A stretch of DNA of 40,706 bases from Candidatus Woesearchaeota archaeon (lineage in GTDB: Archaea; Nanobdellota; Nanobdellia; Woesearchaeales; GCA-2687795). How positions within the stretch are numbered: the stretch's first letter is position 1; each line of letters opens with the position of its first letter. The stretch is from positions 1 to 40,706 of the forward strand of contig NZBG01000032.1 in NCBI GenBank assembly GCA_002687795.1. Direction: 5' to 3'. The position numbers were made by a program, and so were the translations under genes. The notes below the pieces were generated by a model, which was given only the letters and a program-made list of their open reading frames with translations, did not search any database and had not been told where the DNA came from. Of the stretch, positions 8,120-17,752 are shown in pieces.

Positions 8120-10385
8120 TTAACTTACCCCTTTCCTCTTAATAGCCCTCTTAACCCATTCATCCCATTCAAAGAATATCTTCTTGCTGTCCAGGTTGCC
8201 AACCTCTTCTTTCACTTTATCAGATATCCTATGGAACTCATCATTAGACTGTATAACAAAAGGGGCTTCCAGCAAGTCAAGGTTTTTTGAGTTGTTTGCA
8301 TAATCAACCAATGTTTGCTTGATCTTTGCCCTTAACTGGATATTGTCCCAGACAGCATCCCAGTTGCCAGCCCATTCCTTGACATTGCCTGCAATGGATT
8401 TCAGTATGTCTGACTCGCCGTTAATAAGGTCATCAGAAGGCTTAAGCTCATCAGATATTGAGTCATATTTCATCAAATCAACAAAGCCTTTCTCCAGCAT
8501 AGGGTCCTTTTCCCAGTGTTTCCTTACTTCTGTGATTTGGGTAACCCTTCTCCACCTATGCAACCCATCCGCGCTCTTGATAGGGTTAGCAACAACAATA
8601 ATATCGGTTGCCTTAAAGCTTGTTCTTGGCACACCAAGGTCATTGACAACCCTGTCAAAGACGCCATAAGGGCTGTCACCATGAATGGTCCCGGCAACAA
8701 CATTAGCAAGAGCACCAACCCTCATTGCTTCGTAAAGTGCCAAAGTCTCTGTCGATCTCACTTCTCCAACAATCAGGCATGAATCACCCATTCTCAATGT
8801 TGTCCTTATTCCTTCATCTGCAGGCACTTCTGCTGAGCCCTTTGTCATTGCAGCCGCAACCTTCATTGGTTGAACATTATAGCCAAGTTTTCTTAGGGCT
8901 ATCACTGGTAATTCGAGCGTATCCTCAATAGAAATTATCCTGTACTTCCTCATGATTTCTGTTAATACAGAGCCTAATAAAGATGTCTTTCCTGAACTTC
9001 TTGTTCCCGCTACCAACATTGTCCTGCTGCCATCAACCAGGAAGCTTATGATGCCTGCCCCAAGAGAATTGATCATCCTGTTATTGACGAATAAAGGCAA
9101 TGTCCATGGCTTGTCCCTATGCCTCCTAAACGCATAAGCAAGCCCTGAAGGATTTAAAGGACTCCCAACAACACAGATTCTTGAGCTTGCACCAGGGAGT
9201 ATTAGCTCTGTATCAAGGATAGGATTAGCCTCATCCAATGGCCTGCCACTGATCATCCTTAGCTTAGAAGCCCATGATTCTGCCTCTGTAACAGTCGGCA
9301 CTATATTGGTCTTGCAGTCATCATAATCCTGGTGTATAAGAAAGATAGGTATCTGCCCCATAGGAGAGTTGATTGTGATGTCCTGCACCTTTTCATCCTG
9401 CAGTAACAGCTCTATAAGCCCAAAGCCAACAGTATACCTAACCAGTACCTTTGTAAGCTCGTTTATCTCCTTTGTCCTTAGCCTCAGGTTTCTGTAGCTG
9501 GCAAGCTCTTCTATAAGGTCATGGCCAACATTAAAGAAGACCTCTCTCATCCTTTCAGGGTCAACAAACTCGCTCTTTTTCGGCTTATGCTCAGACATTA
9601 TCCTCCTTGCAGCATCAACCAGCTCATATTTCTGCTCAGAAAGCTTGAACTCTGGGGGAATCACATGGTAAAGGCTCTGGATCGTATCAGGCAGTTTAAA
9701 GATTGTAACCTCTGTATCTCCCACAAGATATGCATCTAACTCTTCACCATCCCTGGGATAAGAGGCCATCAGCCTTGTGAATATGAAATCAGGCTTTATT
9801 GCAGGGTTGAGGATCCTTCTGTATGCTGACCTGTCCCCTGGCTTATACCCGGCCAGATGAGACTTGGCAATTGTAACCAGCTTAGTCTTCTCAAGCAGCT
9901 TAATAATATATTCTAATAATGAAATATAAGATTTAATAGCTGATATTATCTTTGGGTTGGTTGCCTTTGTTAAATAGCTCTTTTCCCTTCTATGGATTCT
10001 TATAACCTCAACATAAGCCACTAAAGGGTCTTTTTTGAGCAGATTAAAAAGAATGTTCTGGATTTCTGCATATTTTGAAGGCTCAGTGATTGAATAATAA
10101 TTGATTATCTTTTGCTTTACAAGCTGGTTGTAAAGCCTTGCAATCTCAGTAAGCATAGCTGTCTGGGCAGAATCATACTCATAGTCCCTTTTCTGCACAT
10201 AAACGATCTTTGTAACATGGCCCACCTCAGCAAGAATATCGCATGTCTTTGACATTGTGGTGGGGTCATCCTCTAAAGAAGGGACCCTTGTATATTTCTC
10301 GCAGTCAACTCTAAGTATTACATCCTCCCCTTCCCTGAGCACATCATAAGAAAAGGCCTCTTTTTTTTTTGTCAAACAAAGGCAT
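8120..10385 (-). CDS. VirB11/TadA/ArlI-family secretion ATPase; ATG at 10385 is out of frame across an A10 run (alternative in-frame TTG at 10375)
   Basis: Walker A GTRSSGKT, SIEDTLEL, Walker B IVGEVR, GTIHG; ATG CCT TTG TTT GAC A10 GAG GCC needs A9 to read MPLFDKKKEAFSY. Confidence 0.85.
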
Positions 10386-10516
10386 TTTATGTTTAGTAAT
10401 CTATAATTGCACTAAGATTATAGCAAATATAAAGGTTTTGATTTCTATAAGATATTTTATTACCATTCTAGGATACTCACATAAAATTAATAACCAATAG
10501 AGTTCTCTTTAGGTTT

Positions 10517-10975
10517 ATGCCATTAATCGGTTCTGATTCCCAATCCCAGCCAAAGCCTGAGCACAAAGGCCTGTTTGGCGGGAAAGAAAAACCTAAGCAA
10601 CTAGATAGCCATAAGGTTGACGAACAGCTAATCAATATGGATAACAGGCTCAGGGTGATAGAAGAAAGGACTTCTAACCTGCAGAGAAGGTATATGGTAA
10701 CTGAGCAGAATATGCTGAGCTCGAATAAGAAATTCAGCTCTGAGTTTAAGACAATCAACCTTGATATAAATGAGATTAAGAAGGAAATAAGCCAGATAAG
10801 GGTAAAGGTACTACAGATAATCGAAGAATTAAAGAAATGCGCAAGAAAAGAAGAAATCACAATGATAAAAAGGTATGTTGATATGTGGGAGCCAATCAAT
10901 TTTGTTACAAGAAAAGAGGTTGAGAAGATAATCGGGGAAATGCTGCAGGAAAAACTCCAGGAGAAGAAGCTATAA
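10517..10975 (+). CDS. Coiled-coil hypothetical protein divergent from the pilus ATPase
   Basis: Heptad-rich sequence, C-terminal 'RYVDMWEPINFVT', ATG start. Confidence 0.75.
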   Translation: MPLIGSDSQSQPKPEHKGLFGGKEKPKQLDSHKVDEQLINMDNRLRVIEERTSNLQRRYMVTEQNMLSSNKKFSSEFKTINLDINEIKKEISQIRVKVLQIIEELKKCARKEEITMIKRYVDMWEPINFVTRKEVEKIIGEMLQEKLQEKKL

Positions 10976-11674
10976 ACTTGCTGTTCTGTTCTTTTTATTA
11001 AGTATAAAGGATTGTGTATCACCGCCGCAATATGTCTTTATTAAAGACTTTAGCTCTTCTAACACTTTTTCCAGCTCAGCCTTCTCCACAGACTGCAGGC
11101 CTTCGACATATATGACAGCGTTTTTTGTATTTTGGGTTACCCTTGTTTTATAGCATTCTTTCCAGTTCCATTTTCTGCATAATACCTCAACATCATCCAT
11201 GTATATTGCCTCGCCTTTATCAGGATTCTGCCTGGTGCTTTCATCAGCAGGGATAAAGTTCTCGCTGCCATCTGCAAAGGCTAGCTTAATATCCCCAATA
11301 ACCTCATCCATGTCATCCCCTCCTGTGGGAATAAGGTATTTTAATGAGAGATAGTTGTAAATGTCAACAAGTTTGCTCTTTCTTGGTATATCTTTTCCAT
11401 CAAGCACTGTTCTCATTAAGGCTTCTACAGAAGAATGATACTTATGCGGCTCTGAGCCAAATGCCAGGAAAGCGCTTCTCCATGGCGAAATCAGCTTATG
11501 TTTAGCTAATTTTTCAGGGATAAAATCAGTCTTAATCAACATCTCTACTTCTTTCAGCAATTTCTGTATATCTTTATTTTCGCCTTTATTATCTATTCCC
11601 CTAGCTATGAGAATTCCTATATTCAGTTTAGGGAATTTCCTGAATATCTCTTCTGTTACCTCAACTTTCTTCAT
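10970..11674 (-). CDS. Stand-alone B3/B4 (PheRS beta editing-like) domain protein
   Basis: 'WR.AF..FG......SSVEAL.R', 'LVDIYN..SL...IP.GG.D.D', 'LCRKWNWK'; start at MKKVEV (11674), because the upstream part of the listed ORF belongs to the acidic gene. Confidence 0.85.
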   Translation of the reverse strand: MKKVEVTEEIFRKFPKLNIGILIARGIDNKGENKDIQKLLKEVEMLIKTDFIPEKLAKHKLISPWRSAFLAFGSEPHKYHSSVEALMRTVLDGKDIPRKSKLVDIYNYLSLKYLIPTGGDDMDEVIGDIKLAFADGSENFIPADESTRQNPDKGEAIYMDDVEVLCRKWNWKECYKTRVTQNTKNAVIYVEGLQSVEKAELEKVLEELKSLIKTYCGGDTQSFILNKKNRTASL

Positions 11675-11816
11675 CTTCCTCTTTTTCTTCCTCAGCGTCT
11701 TCATAGCCTTTCATAAAGGCTTCTTCACGAGGCGACATTTCGTCATCTTCCACTAAATCTTCTCTGGATTCCTCATCATATACTGACTCATCCTCTTCTT
11801 CATCTTCGATTGACAT
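11661..11816 (-). CDS. Small highly acidic protein (51 aa), missed by the ORF track
   Basis: MSIEDEEEDESVYDEESREDLVEDDEMSPREEAFMKGYEDAEEEKEEDEES; TATA-like TTTTAAA upstream; stop overlaps the B3/B4 start. Confidence 0.7.
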   Translation of the reverse strand: MSIEDEEEDESVYDEESREDLVEDDEMSPREEAFMKGYEDAEEEKEEDEES

Positions 11817-11900
11817 TTTAGATTAACAAGAAAAAGGGAGTTTAAAATAGTTTTCGTAAGGCTTTTAAATGAAGATTTTAATTAATAAAAAACATTACTT

Positions 11901-11922
11901 AAAAGTTTTTGCAAAAACTTTT
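11901..11922. repeat. Perfect 22-bp palindrome downstream of fusA
   Basis: AAAAGTTTTTGCAAAAACTTTT. Confidence 0.85.
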
Positions 11923-11968
11923 TTAGCCTAAAAGAAGCAGGTAAAACATAATTTAATTATTATAATTC

Positions 11969-14155
11969 TTACTTTCCTTTTGCAACTCCGTCTTCTCCCA
12001 CACTTAACCCTTTTCTTTCCCTTATCTGACCTACTATCTTGGTTTGCAGGTCTTCAGGCAGTCTTTCAAACATCTGGTCAACTAGTGAAGAGCTTCCCCT
12101 GCCACCAGTTGCGCTTCTAAGCTCAGAGCTCCAGCCGAACATTTCTCCTACTGGCATCTTTGCTTTAATGATCACAATGCTTTCTTCCTGCTGCATATCA
12201 AGCAATTGCCCTCTTTTGTTGGCAATAAGCTTGGATATATCTCCCATATAATCGGCAGGAGCCTCTATTCTCAGCACCTGCAATGGCTCGTACAACATTG
12301 CTTTAGCATTAAGCATAGCAACTCTTATAGAATCCCTAACAGCAGGATAAACCTGGGCAGGCCCTCTATGGATAGCATCCTCATGAAGCTTCATATCCAT
12401 CAACATAACCTTTACCTTGATGCTTGGCTCTTTGGCCAAAGGTCCTGCGCCCATAACATCTTCAAACATGTCCATTACCATGTCAATAACCTCTCCGATA
12501 TGCACCTGGCCCCTTGTCATGTCGATAAGGATGTTGCCTTTATAGACATCTTTAATCTTCAGAGCAATCTTTGAGTCTATGCCAAGCTCAACAAATTTGT
12601 CCCTTAGCTCCATATCCTTCTTTTTGATTCTCATCTCAGGCACAGCGCCTTCTTTAATGCCTTTTACAACAGAATCCTCCAAAGGCTCAACAACAAAATA
12701 GAACTTGTTATGCTTGTTAGGGGATTTTCCTTCCACTTCTCCTGACTTCTTTGTTATTGTCTCCCTGTAAACAACGATTGGCGGTGATGTCTTTATTTCA
12801 ACATTCTTTTCTGTCTTTATCCTGTTCTCTATAACCTCTAAATGAAGCTCTCCCATGCCATGCATAAGATGCTCTCCTGTTTCCTCATTGATTTCAATCT
12901 GGACAGTAGGATCTTCCTTAGATACCTGCCTTAATACTTCTATCAGCTTTGGCAAGTCAGCCGGGTTCTTTGCCTCAATAGCCTTTGTAACAACAGGATC
13001 AAAAATATGAGTGATTTTCTCAAAAGGCTCTGTTGGAGAGGATGTTATTGTTTCGCCAGGGTATGATTTTATGCCGGCAACACCGATTATATTTCCAGCG
13101 GGCACATTACTAATAATTTCCCTTTTTGCCCCATTATAAATAAAAACCTGCTGAATCTTTGAGTTTTGCTTCATTCTGTTAAGATATATGTCCATGCCTT
13201 TTTTCATTGAGCCTGAGAACAGTCTTCCTGCCGATATTTCCCCTGCTTGGGGATCAACAACTATCTTTGTGATAACAAAGAATAAAGGACCGTCTGCATT
13301 GCATTTTATTAATGATTTGCCTTCATCGCTTTCAAGCTCGCCATGCCATATTTTAGGGATTCTGTATGTTTGAGCAGCCATAGGATTCGGCAGGTGCTTG
13401 ATAACCATGTTCAGAACAACTTCATGCAAAGGCGCCTTGTCAGCCAGCTCTTTGTAATTTTCCCCTCCATGGTAATGGTCTATAACATCCTTGAAAGTTA
13501 TGTTCTTCTGCTGCATATAAGGAATAGAAAGCGCCCAGTTATGGAAAGCTGAGCCAAAAGCAACGCTCCCATCCTGCACATTGACCTGCCATTTATCTCC
13601 GTATCCTTCAGGCGCAATCTGCTTAATCAGCTTGTTTACCTGAGTAATTATCTTTATGAAACGCTCCTGCATCTGTTCAGGCGTCAGCTTGATCTCTTTG
13701 ATAAGCCTGTCAACCTTGTTGATGAACAGCACTGGCTTGACCAGTTCCCTTAATGCCTGCCTTAACACTGTCTCTGTCTGGGGCATCACGCTTTCAACAG
13801 CATCAACCAGGACAACAGCTCCATCTGTTGCTCTCATTGCCCTTGTAACATCACCACCAAAGTCTACATGCCCAGGGGTGTCCAGTAAGTTGATTAAGAA
13901 TTCCTTTTCTTCAAAATTATGAACCATAGATACAGCAGCTGTGTCAATTGTTATGCCTCTTTCCTGCTCATCCTCATGGAAGTCCATCTTTAAGGCTCTG
14001 CCTGAATCTTCTTTGCTCATCATGCCGCAGCCTGCCAGGAGGTTGTCTGAGAAGGTTGTCTTGCCATGGTCAATATGGGCGCAGATAGCGATATTTCTAA
14101 TATTATCTGGCTTCTTCATTATTTCCGTAACCCTGTCAACCATCTTCTCTGCCAT
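11969..14155 (-). CDS. fusA: Archaeal translation elongation factor 2
   Basis: AHIDHGKTT, RGITI, DTPGHVDF, NKVD; diphthamide loop HEDAIHRG. Confidence 0.97.
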   Translation of the reverse strand: MAEKMVDRVTEIMKKPDNIRNIAICAHIDHGKTTFSDNLLAGCGMMSKEDSGRALKMDFHEDEQERGITIDTAAVSMVHNFEEKEFLINLLDTPGHVDFGGDVTRAMRATDGAVVLVDAVESVMPQTETVLRQALRELVKPVLFINKVDRLIKEIKLTPEQMQERFIKIITQVNKLIKQIAPEGYGDKWQVNVQDGSVAFGSAFHNWALSIPYMQQKNITFKDVIDHYHGGENYKELADKAPLHEVVLNMVIKHLPNPMAAQTYRIPKIWHGELESDEGKSLIKCNADGPLFFVITKIVVDPQAGEISAGRLFSGSMKKGMDIYLNRMKQNSKIQQVFIYNGAKREIISNVPAGNIIGVAGIKSYPGETITSSPTEPFEKITHIFDPVVTKAIEAKNPADLPKLIEVLRQVSKEDPTVQIEINEETGEHLMHGMGELHLEVIENRIKTEKNVEIKTSPPIVVYRETITKKSGEVEGKSPNKHNKFYFVVEPLEDSVVKGIKEGAVPEMRIKKKDMELRDKFVELGIDSKIALKIKDVYKGNILIDMTRGQVHIGEVIDMVMDMFEDVMGAGPLAKEPSIKVKVMLMDMKLHEDAIHRGPAQVYPAVRDSIRVAMLNAKAMLYEPLQVLRIEAPADYMGDISKLIANKRGQLLDMQQEESIVIIKAKMPVGEMFGWSSELRSATGGRGSSSLVDQMFERLPEDLQTKIVGQIRERKGLSVGEDGVAKGK

Positions 14156-14185
14156 TGTTTTTGCCTCTTAGTTAGTTTAGAATAA

Positions 14186-14668
14186 TTATTTCAAGATATG
14201 AACATCATGTACTGAGGAATACGAATGAATCTCCTCTTTCCCGAACCATAGCTTGATCTCCTTTTCCGCATCCTTTTCATTTGCAGATGCATGTATCAGG
14301 TTTTTGATGCCTATTCCTTTTTTATCAGCATAATCATAGCTTATATGCGCATAATCTCCTCTTATTGTGCCGGGAGGAGCACTTTTTGGGTCTGTGGATC
14401 CTGCCATTTTCCTTACAAGGGATATTGCTTCAACGCCTTCAAGCACCATTGCAACAACAGGCCCCATTGTTATCAGGGACTCAAGACCTGAATAAAATTT
14501 CTTGTCAACATGCTCTGCATAATGCTTCTTTGCAAACTTCTTATCAACCCAAACCATCTTCATGGCAGCTATCTTAAGGCCTGCCTTTTCAAACCTCTGG
14601 GTTATCTCCCCAACAAGGCCTCTTTGGACACCGTCAGGTTTTATTAACACTAATGTTTTTTCAATCAT
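14186..14668 (-). CDS. ndk: Nucleoside diphosphate kinase
   Basis: IKPDGVQRGLVGEI, PGTIRGD, NLIHAS (catalytic His). Confidence 0.97.
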   Translation of the reverse strand: MIEKTLVLIKPDGVQRGLVGEITQRFEKAGLKIAAMKMVWVDKKFAKKHYAEHVDKKFYSGLESLITMGPVVAMVLEGVEAISLVRKMAGSTDPKSAPPGTIRGDYAHISYDYADKKGIGIKNLIHASANEKDAEKEIKLWFGKEEIHSYSSVHDVHILK

Positions 14669-14846
14669 TTTTATTTACCTCTTTTTCGCTTCTTGCCCAC
14701 TTTAGTTTTGCAGGCTTTCTTTTTAATTTTAACCTGTTCTTCTCGCATTTAGATGAGCAAAAATATTCTTGTTTGCCTGTGGCATATACAAACATCTTGC
14801 CTGTGCCTTTTTCAATATTTCCGCCGCAAAACGAGCATTTTGCCAT
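14661..14846 (-). CDS. rpl24e: 50S ribosomal protein L24e
   Basis: CSFCG..IEKGTG.MFV...G....FCSSKC, KLKW; conserved operon position. Confidence 0.95.
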   Translation of the reverse strand: MAKCSFCGGNIEKGTGKMFVYATGKQEYFCSSKCEKNRLKLKRKPAKLKWARSEKEVNKND

Positions 14847-14847
14847 T

Positions 14848-15189
14848 TTATCTTGTATTACCTCTCCCGCCAGACCTGTTCAAAGGCCTTGCCTCAATCT
14901 CTGTTTCTCTTAGCATCAAAATATCCCCTATCTGCAATGGGCCTTTTGCATTTCTTCTTATAATCTTGTTTTGGTCTCTGCCATCCAGAACCTTGCATCT
15001 CACCTGGGTGGCTTCTCCCCTTGAGCCTGTCCTGCCGATTATTTCCTCAACCCTTGCAGGAAATGCCATTGAAAACCTTATGCTGCCTTTAACCTCTTCC
15101 TTTTTCTGCTGGGGAGGTTTTCCTGCAGGGGGCTTGCTATCATTTGCTTTTGGTTTTACTTCTTCCTTTTCCTTTTTTTCCTTAGCCAT
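14848..15189 (-). CDS. rps28e: 30S ribosomal protein S28e with Lys/Pro-rich N-terminal extension
   Basis: IIGRTGSRGEATQVRCKVL.G......RRN.KGP...GDILML.ETE.EA. Confidence 0.93.
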   Translation of the reverse strand: MAKEKKEKEEVKPKANDSKPPAGKPPQQKKEEVKGSIRFSMAFPARVEEIIGRTGSRGEATQVRCKVLDGRDQNKIIRRNAKGPLQIGDILMLRETEIEARPLNRSGGRGNTR

Positions 15190-15193
15190 TTTT

Positions 15194-15544
15194 TTAGGTG
15201 CTCTGGATCTTCTTGATTACTTCCTGCAGCAAGTCCTTTGCTTCTCCAGCTTCAACAATTGCTATGCTTGCTGTGCCGACTCCCAGGCCTGCTGTTACCC
15301 CAAGCTCTTCTTTGCTTGGTACCTGAACGCAGGGAATCTCCTTTTCTTCTGCAAGCAAAGGCATATGCATTGTTATTTCAGGTGGGGTCACGTCCTTTGC
15401 AACAACAACAAGCTTAGCAATACCTCTCTCTATAGCTTTTGTTGTCTCGTTTGTGCCCTTCCTTATCTTGCCTGTTGTTTTAGCCACTTCAATAGCTTCG
15501 TAAACTTCTTCAACAAGCTCTTTTGAAATTTCTTTAATAGCCAT
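15194..15544 (-). CDS. rpl7ae: 50S ribosomal protein L7Ae (K-turn binding)
   Basis: GKIRKGTNETTKAIERG.AKLVV.A.DV.P.EI..H.P.L.EEK; SD GGAGGT. Confidence 0.97.
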   Translation of the reverse strand: MAIKEISKELVEEVYEAIEVAKTTGKIRKGTNETTKAIERGIAKLVVVAKDVTPPEITMHMPLLAEEKEIPCVQVPSKEELGVTAGLGVGTASIAIVEAGEAKDLLQEVIKKIQST

Positions 15545-15665
15545 TTTAATTTACCTCCTGATTATAGTGATATGAATGAAGAGAGCTAGAAAACTAACCT
15601 CTCTCAAACCATTTCTGGTTCTCATTAATCACAGGTTAAACTAGAGAATGTGAACTTTATTTAAA
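15545..15665 (-). promoter_or_regulatory. Promoter and structured ~90-nt 5' leader of the rpl7ae operon
   Basis: TATA TTTAAATA (15658-15665); nested helices GTGAT/ATCAC, AATGA/TCATT, AACCA-GAAA-TGGTT, GAGGTTAG-TTTT-CTAGCTC. Confidence 0.55.
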
Positions 15666-15690
15666 AAGGTTTCTATGGAAAACCCAAGAA

Positions 15691-16671
15691 TTAAGGCTTT
15701 ATAATAACCTTCAAGGATTCATCCCCTTCAGTTACGAGCTTGAAGCCTTTCTCAATATCTTTTAATGGGAGTCTGTGCGTTATCATATCATCCACCTTGA
15801 TTTTTCCTGAACTGAGCAGCTCAAAGGCTTCTTTCATGTCATCAGGAGCGCAATAATAAGATGCCATAATCTTAACCTCTTTTCTCCAGAAATCGTTGAC
15901 AGGCACAATAACATCTTTGTCAGGATGGGGAACAGTGAATAATATTATGGTGCCGGCTAAATCAACAGCTTTCCAGGCCTGCTCTATTGCAGGCATTGCC
16001 CCGCTGCATACAATAACAACATCAAATTTCTCTTTGAGCTCTTCTTTAGCATTAAATGTTCTGGCTCCTAATTTCTCTGCGAATTTTAATCTGTTTTCAT
16101 TGATGTCTGTTGAGGTTACTATTGCCTTTTTATTGAGCGCCAGCTTTATGTGCAACAGGCCGGACATGCCACTGCCTAAAATTAGAACATTATCATTTTC
16201 CTTTATTCCTGCAAATTTCTGCGCCCTTACTACACATGCCAAAGGTTCTACAAAAGTTGCAGTGTCATAGCTCATATCCTTTGGAATCAAGAAAACAGCA
16301 TTATTGACAAGCTCTTCAGGGATAAGTACAAATTCAGAGAATGCTCCCGGCAGTCTTGCCTTTGCATTCGGGCATACTGAATGATGGCCTTTTTTGCAGT
16401 ATTTGCAGTTGCTACAGCCTATTTTAGGGGCTACAAAGATCCTGTCCCCTTTTTTGTAATTATCAACAGAAGAGCCTATCTCAACAATCTCTCCGCTGGC
16501 TTCATGGCCTGGGATAAGCGGTGCTCTTGGCAGCCTGTACCATTCAACAATATCGCTGCCGCATATTCCGCAGGAATGAACTTTGAATAGAATTTCATTG
16601 GCTTGCGGCTTAGGCTTTTCTCTTTCTTCTATCCTTATATCATTATTGTTATACCAGACTGTAACCTTCAT
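15691..16671 (-). CDS. Zn-dependent MDR dehydrogenase, sorbitol/iditol/threonine DH-like, NAD-type
   Basis: CGICGSD, GHE, structural CxxCxxCx7C, EPLAC, GSGMSG, acidic residue in TDIN. Confidence 0.9.
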   Translation of the reverse strand: MKVTVWYNNNDIRIEEREKPKPQANEILFKVHSCGICGSDIVEWYRLPRAPLIPGHEASGEIVEIGSSVDNYKKGDRIFVAPKIGCSNCKYCKKGHHSVCPNAKARLPGAFSEFVLIPEELVNNAVFLIPKDMSYDTATFVEPLACVVRAQKFAGIKENDNVLILGSGMSGLLHIKLALNKKAIVTSTDINENRLKFAEKLGARTFNAKEELKEKFDVVIVCSGAMPAIEQAWKAVDLAGTIILFTVPHPDKDVIVPVNDFWRKEVKIMASYYCAPDDMKEAFELLSSGKIKVDDMITHRLPLKDIEKGFKLVTEGDESLKVIIKP

Positions 16672-16687
16672 TTAGATTCCTCGGGGC

Positions 16688-17467
16688 CTATTTGCTTTTG
16701 TCAAAGATATCCTGTGCTTCCTTTACAGTTGCATCTTTGTGTATTATAGCTTGGAGAGCTGCTGCCATTGCAACCGGATGCGCATGCTGCCAGACGTTCC
16801 TTCCGAGGTTAATCCCAACAGCGCCTTTCTGCATTCCGTCATGCACAAACTCAAACACTTCTTTTTCCGTCTCGCATTTAGGGCCGCCTGCAATAACCAC
16901 AGGAACAGGGCAGCCTTCCACAACCTTATCAAAGTCCTCGCACCAGTATGTTTTAACAACACTAGCCCCTAATTCAGCTGCTATCCTTGAGCATAAGCCA
17001 AGATAACGCGCATCTCTTTTTTCTAATTCCTTGCCAACAGCTGTAACCCCCATCACAGGGATTCCATACTCCTGGCATTCATTCACAAGCTTTGAGAAAT
17101 TCATCAGGGTCTGGTGCTCATATTTAGCGCCAACATAGATAGAAAACCCAACTGCCTGAGCATTAAGCCTTAACACTTCCTGGATTGAGGTTGTGATTTC
17201 CTCATTTGATAAGTTATCTCCAATTATGCTGTTACCCCCTGAAACCCTGAGTATGATTGGCTTGGTGTTTTCAGGCTCAACACAGTTTCTTAGAACTCCT
17301 CTTGTCATAAAAAGTGCATCAACATAAGGCAGTAATGGTTTAATGGTTTCTCCTGGCTTCTCCAGCTTGCTGGTTGGCCCAAGAAAGTAGCCATGATCAA
17401 CTGGCATAAAAAAGCATTTGCCATTTGGCATTAATTTTGCTAACCTATTCTTCATTCCCCAATCCAT
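16688..17467 (-). CDS. lsrF: LsrF-family 3-hydroxy-5-phosphonooxypentane-2,4-dione thiolase (class I aldolase fold)
   Basis: N-terminal MDWGMKNRL, DHGYFLGPT, RIAAELGA.VVKTY (Schiff-base Lys), VIAGGPK, GRNVWQ. Confidence 0.85.
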   Translation of the reverse strand: MDWGMKNRLAKLMPNGKCFFMPVDHGYFLGPTSKLEKPGETIKPLLPYVDALFMTRGVLRNCVEPENTKPIILRVSGGNSIIGDNLSNEEITTSIQEVLRLNAQAVGFSIYVGAKYEHQTLMNFSKLVNECQEYGIPVMGVTAVGKELEKRDARYLGLCSRIAAELGASVVKTYWCEDFDKVVEGCPVPVVIAGGPKCETEKEVFEFVHDGMQKGAVGINLGRNVWQHAHPVAMAAALQAIIHKDATVKEAQDIFDKSK

Positions 17468-17486
17468 TTTAAGTACCCCCGATTAT

Positions 17487-17699
17487 TTATTGTTCTGGCT
17501 TGATTACTTCAAAGCCTTTGTCAATCAGCCAATGATGAAACTGCCATGTTGTGAATTTGCAGCCTGTCCTGCAGGAAGCTCTTATCTTTTCATATTCTTC
17601 AGAGCCTTCCTCAAGAGAATTTAGCTGAAGCTGCACCGGGCATTTTACATCATTGCAAAATTCCCTTTTCTTATAATCAGTATATCCTGGTATTGCCAT
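17487..17699 (-). CDS. Small Cys/His-rich putative metal-binding protein, first gene of the lsrF operon
   Basis: C-x4-C ... C-x3-C ... FHHW; TATA TTTATATA upstream; short spacer to lsrF with SD GGGGGT. Confidence 0.7.
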   Translation of the reverse strand: MAIPGYTDYKKREFCNDVKCPVQLQLNSLEEGSEEYEKIRASCRTGCKFTTWQFHHWLIDKGFEVIKPEQ

Positions 17700-17752
17700 A
17701 TGAGAAGGGAAAGAGGGTTGATATATAAAATTTATGCTGTTTGAAAAAAATC

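Noticed and set aside
5892-10385. Archaellum (arlI/arlJ) operon
   Set aside because: No archaellin, arlF/G or arlH adjacent; a generic type IV pilus-type assignment is safer.
14753-15526. 257-aa plus-strand ORF and the many other short antisense ORFs in the track
   Set aside because: Shadow frames of confidently identified genes, with no motifs or start signals.
16688-17467. AI-2 quorum-sensing uptake locus
   Set aside because: No lsrK, lsrG, lsrR or ABC transporter genes in the window.
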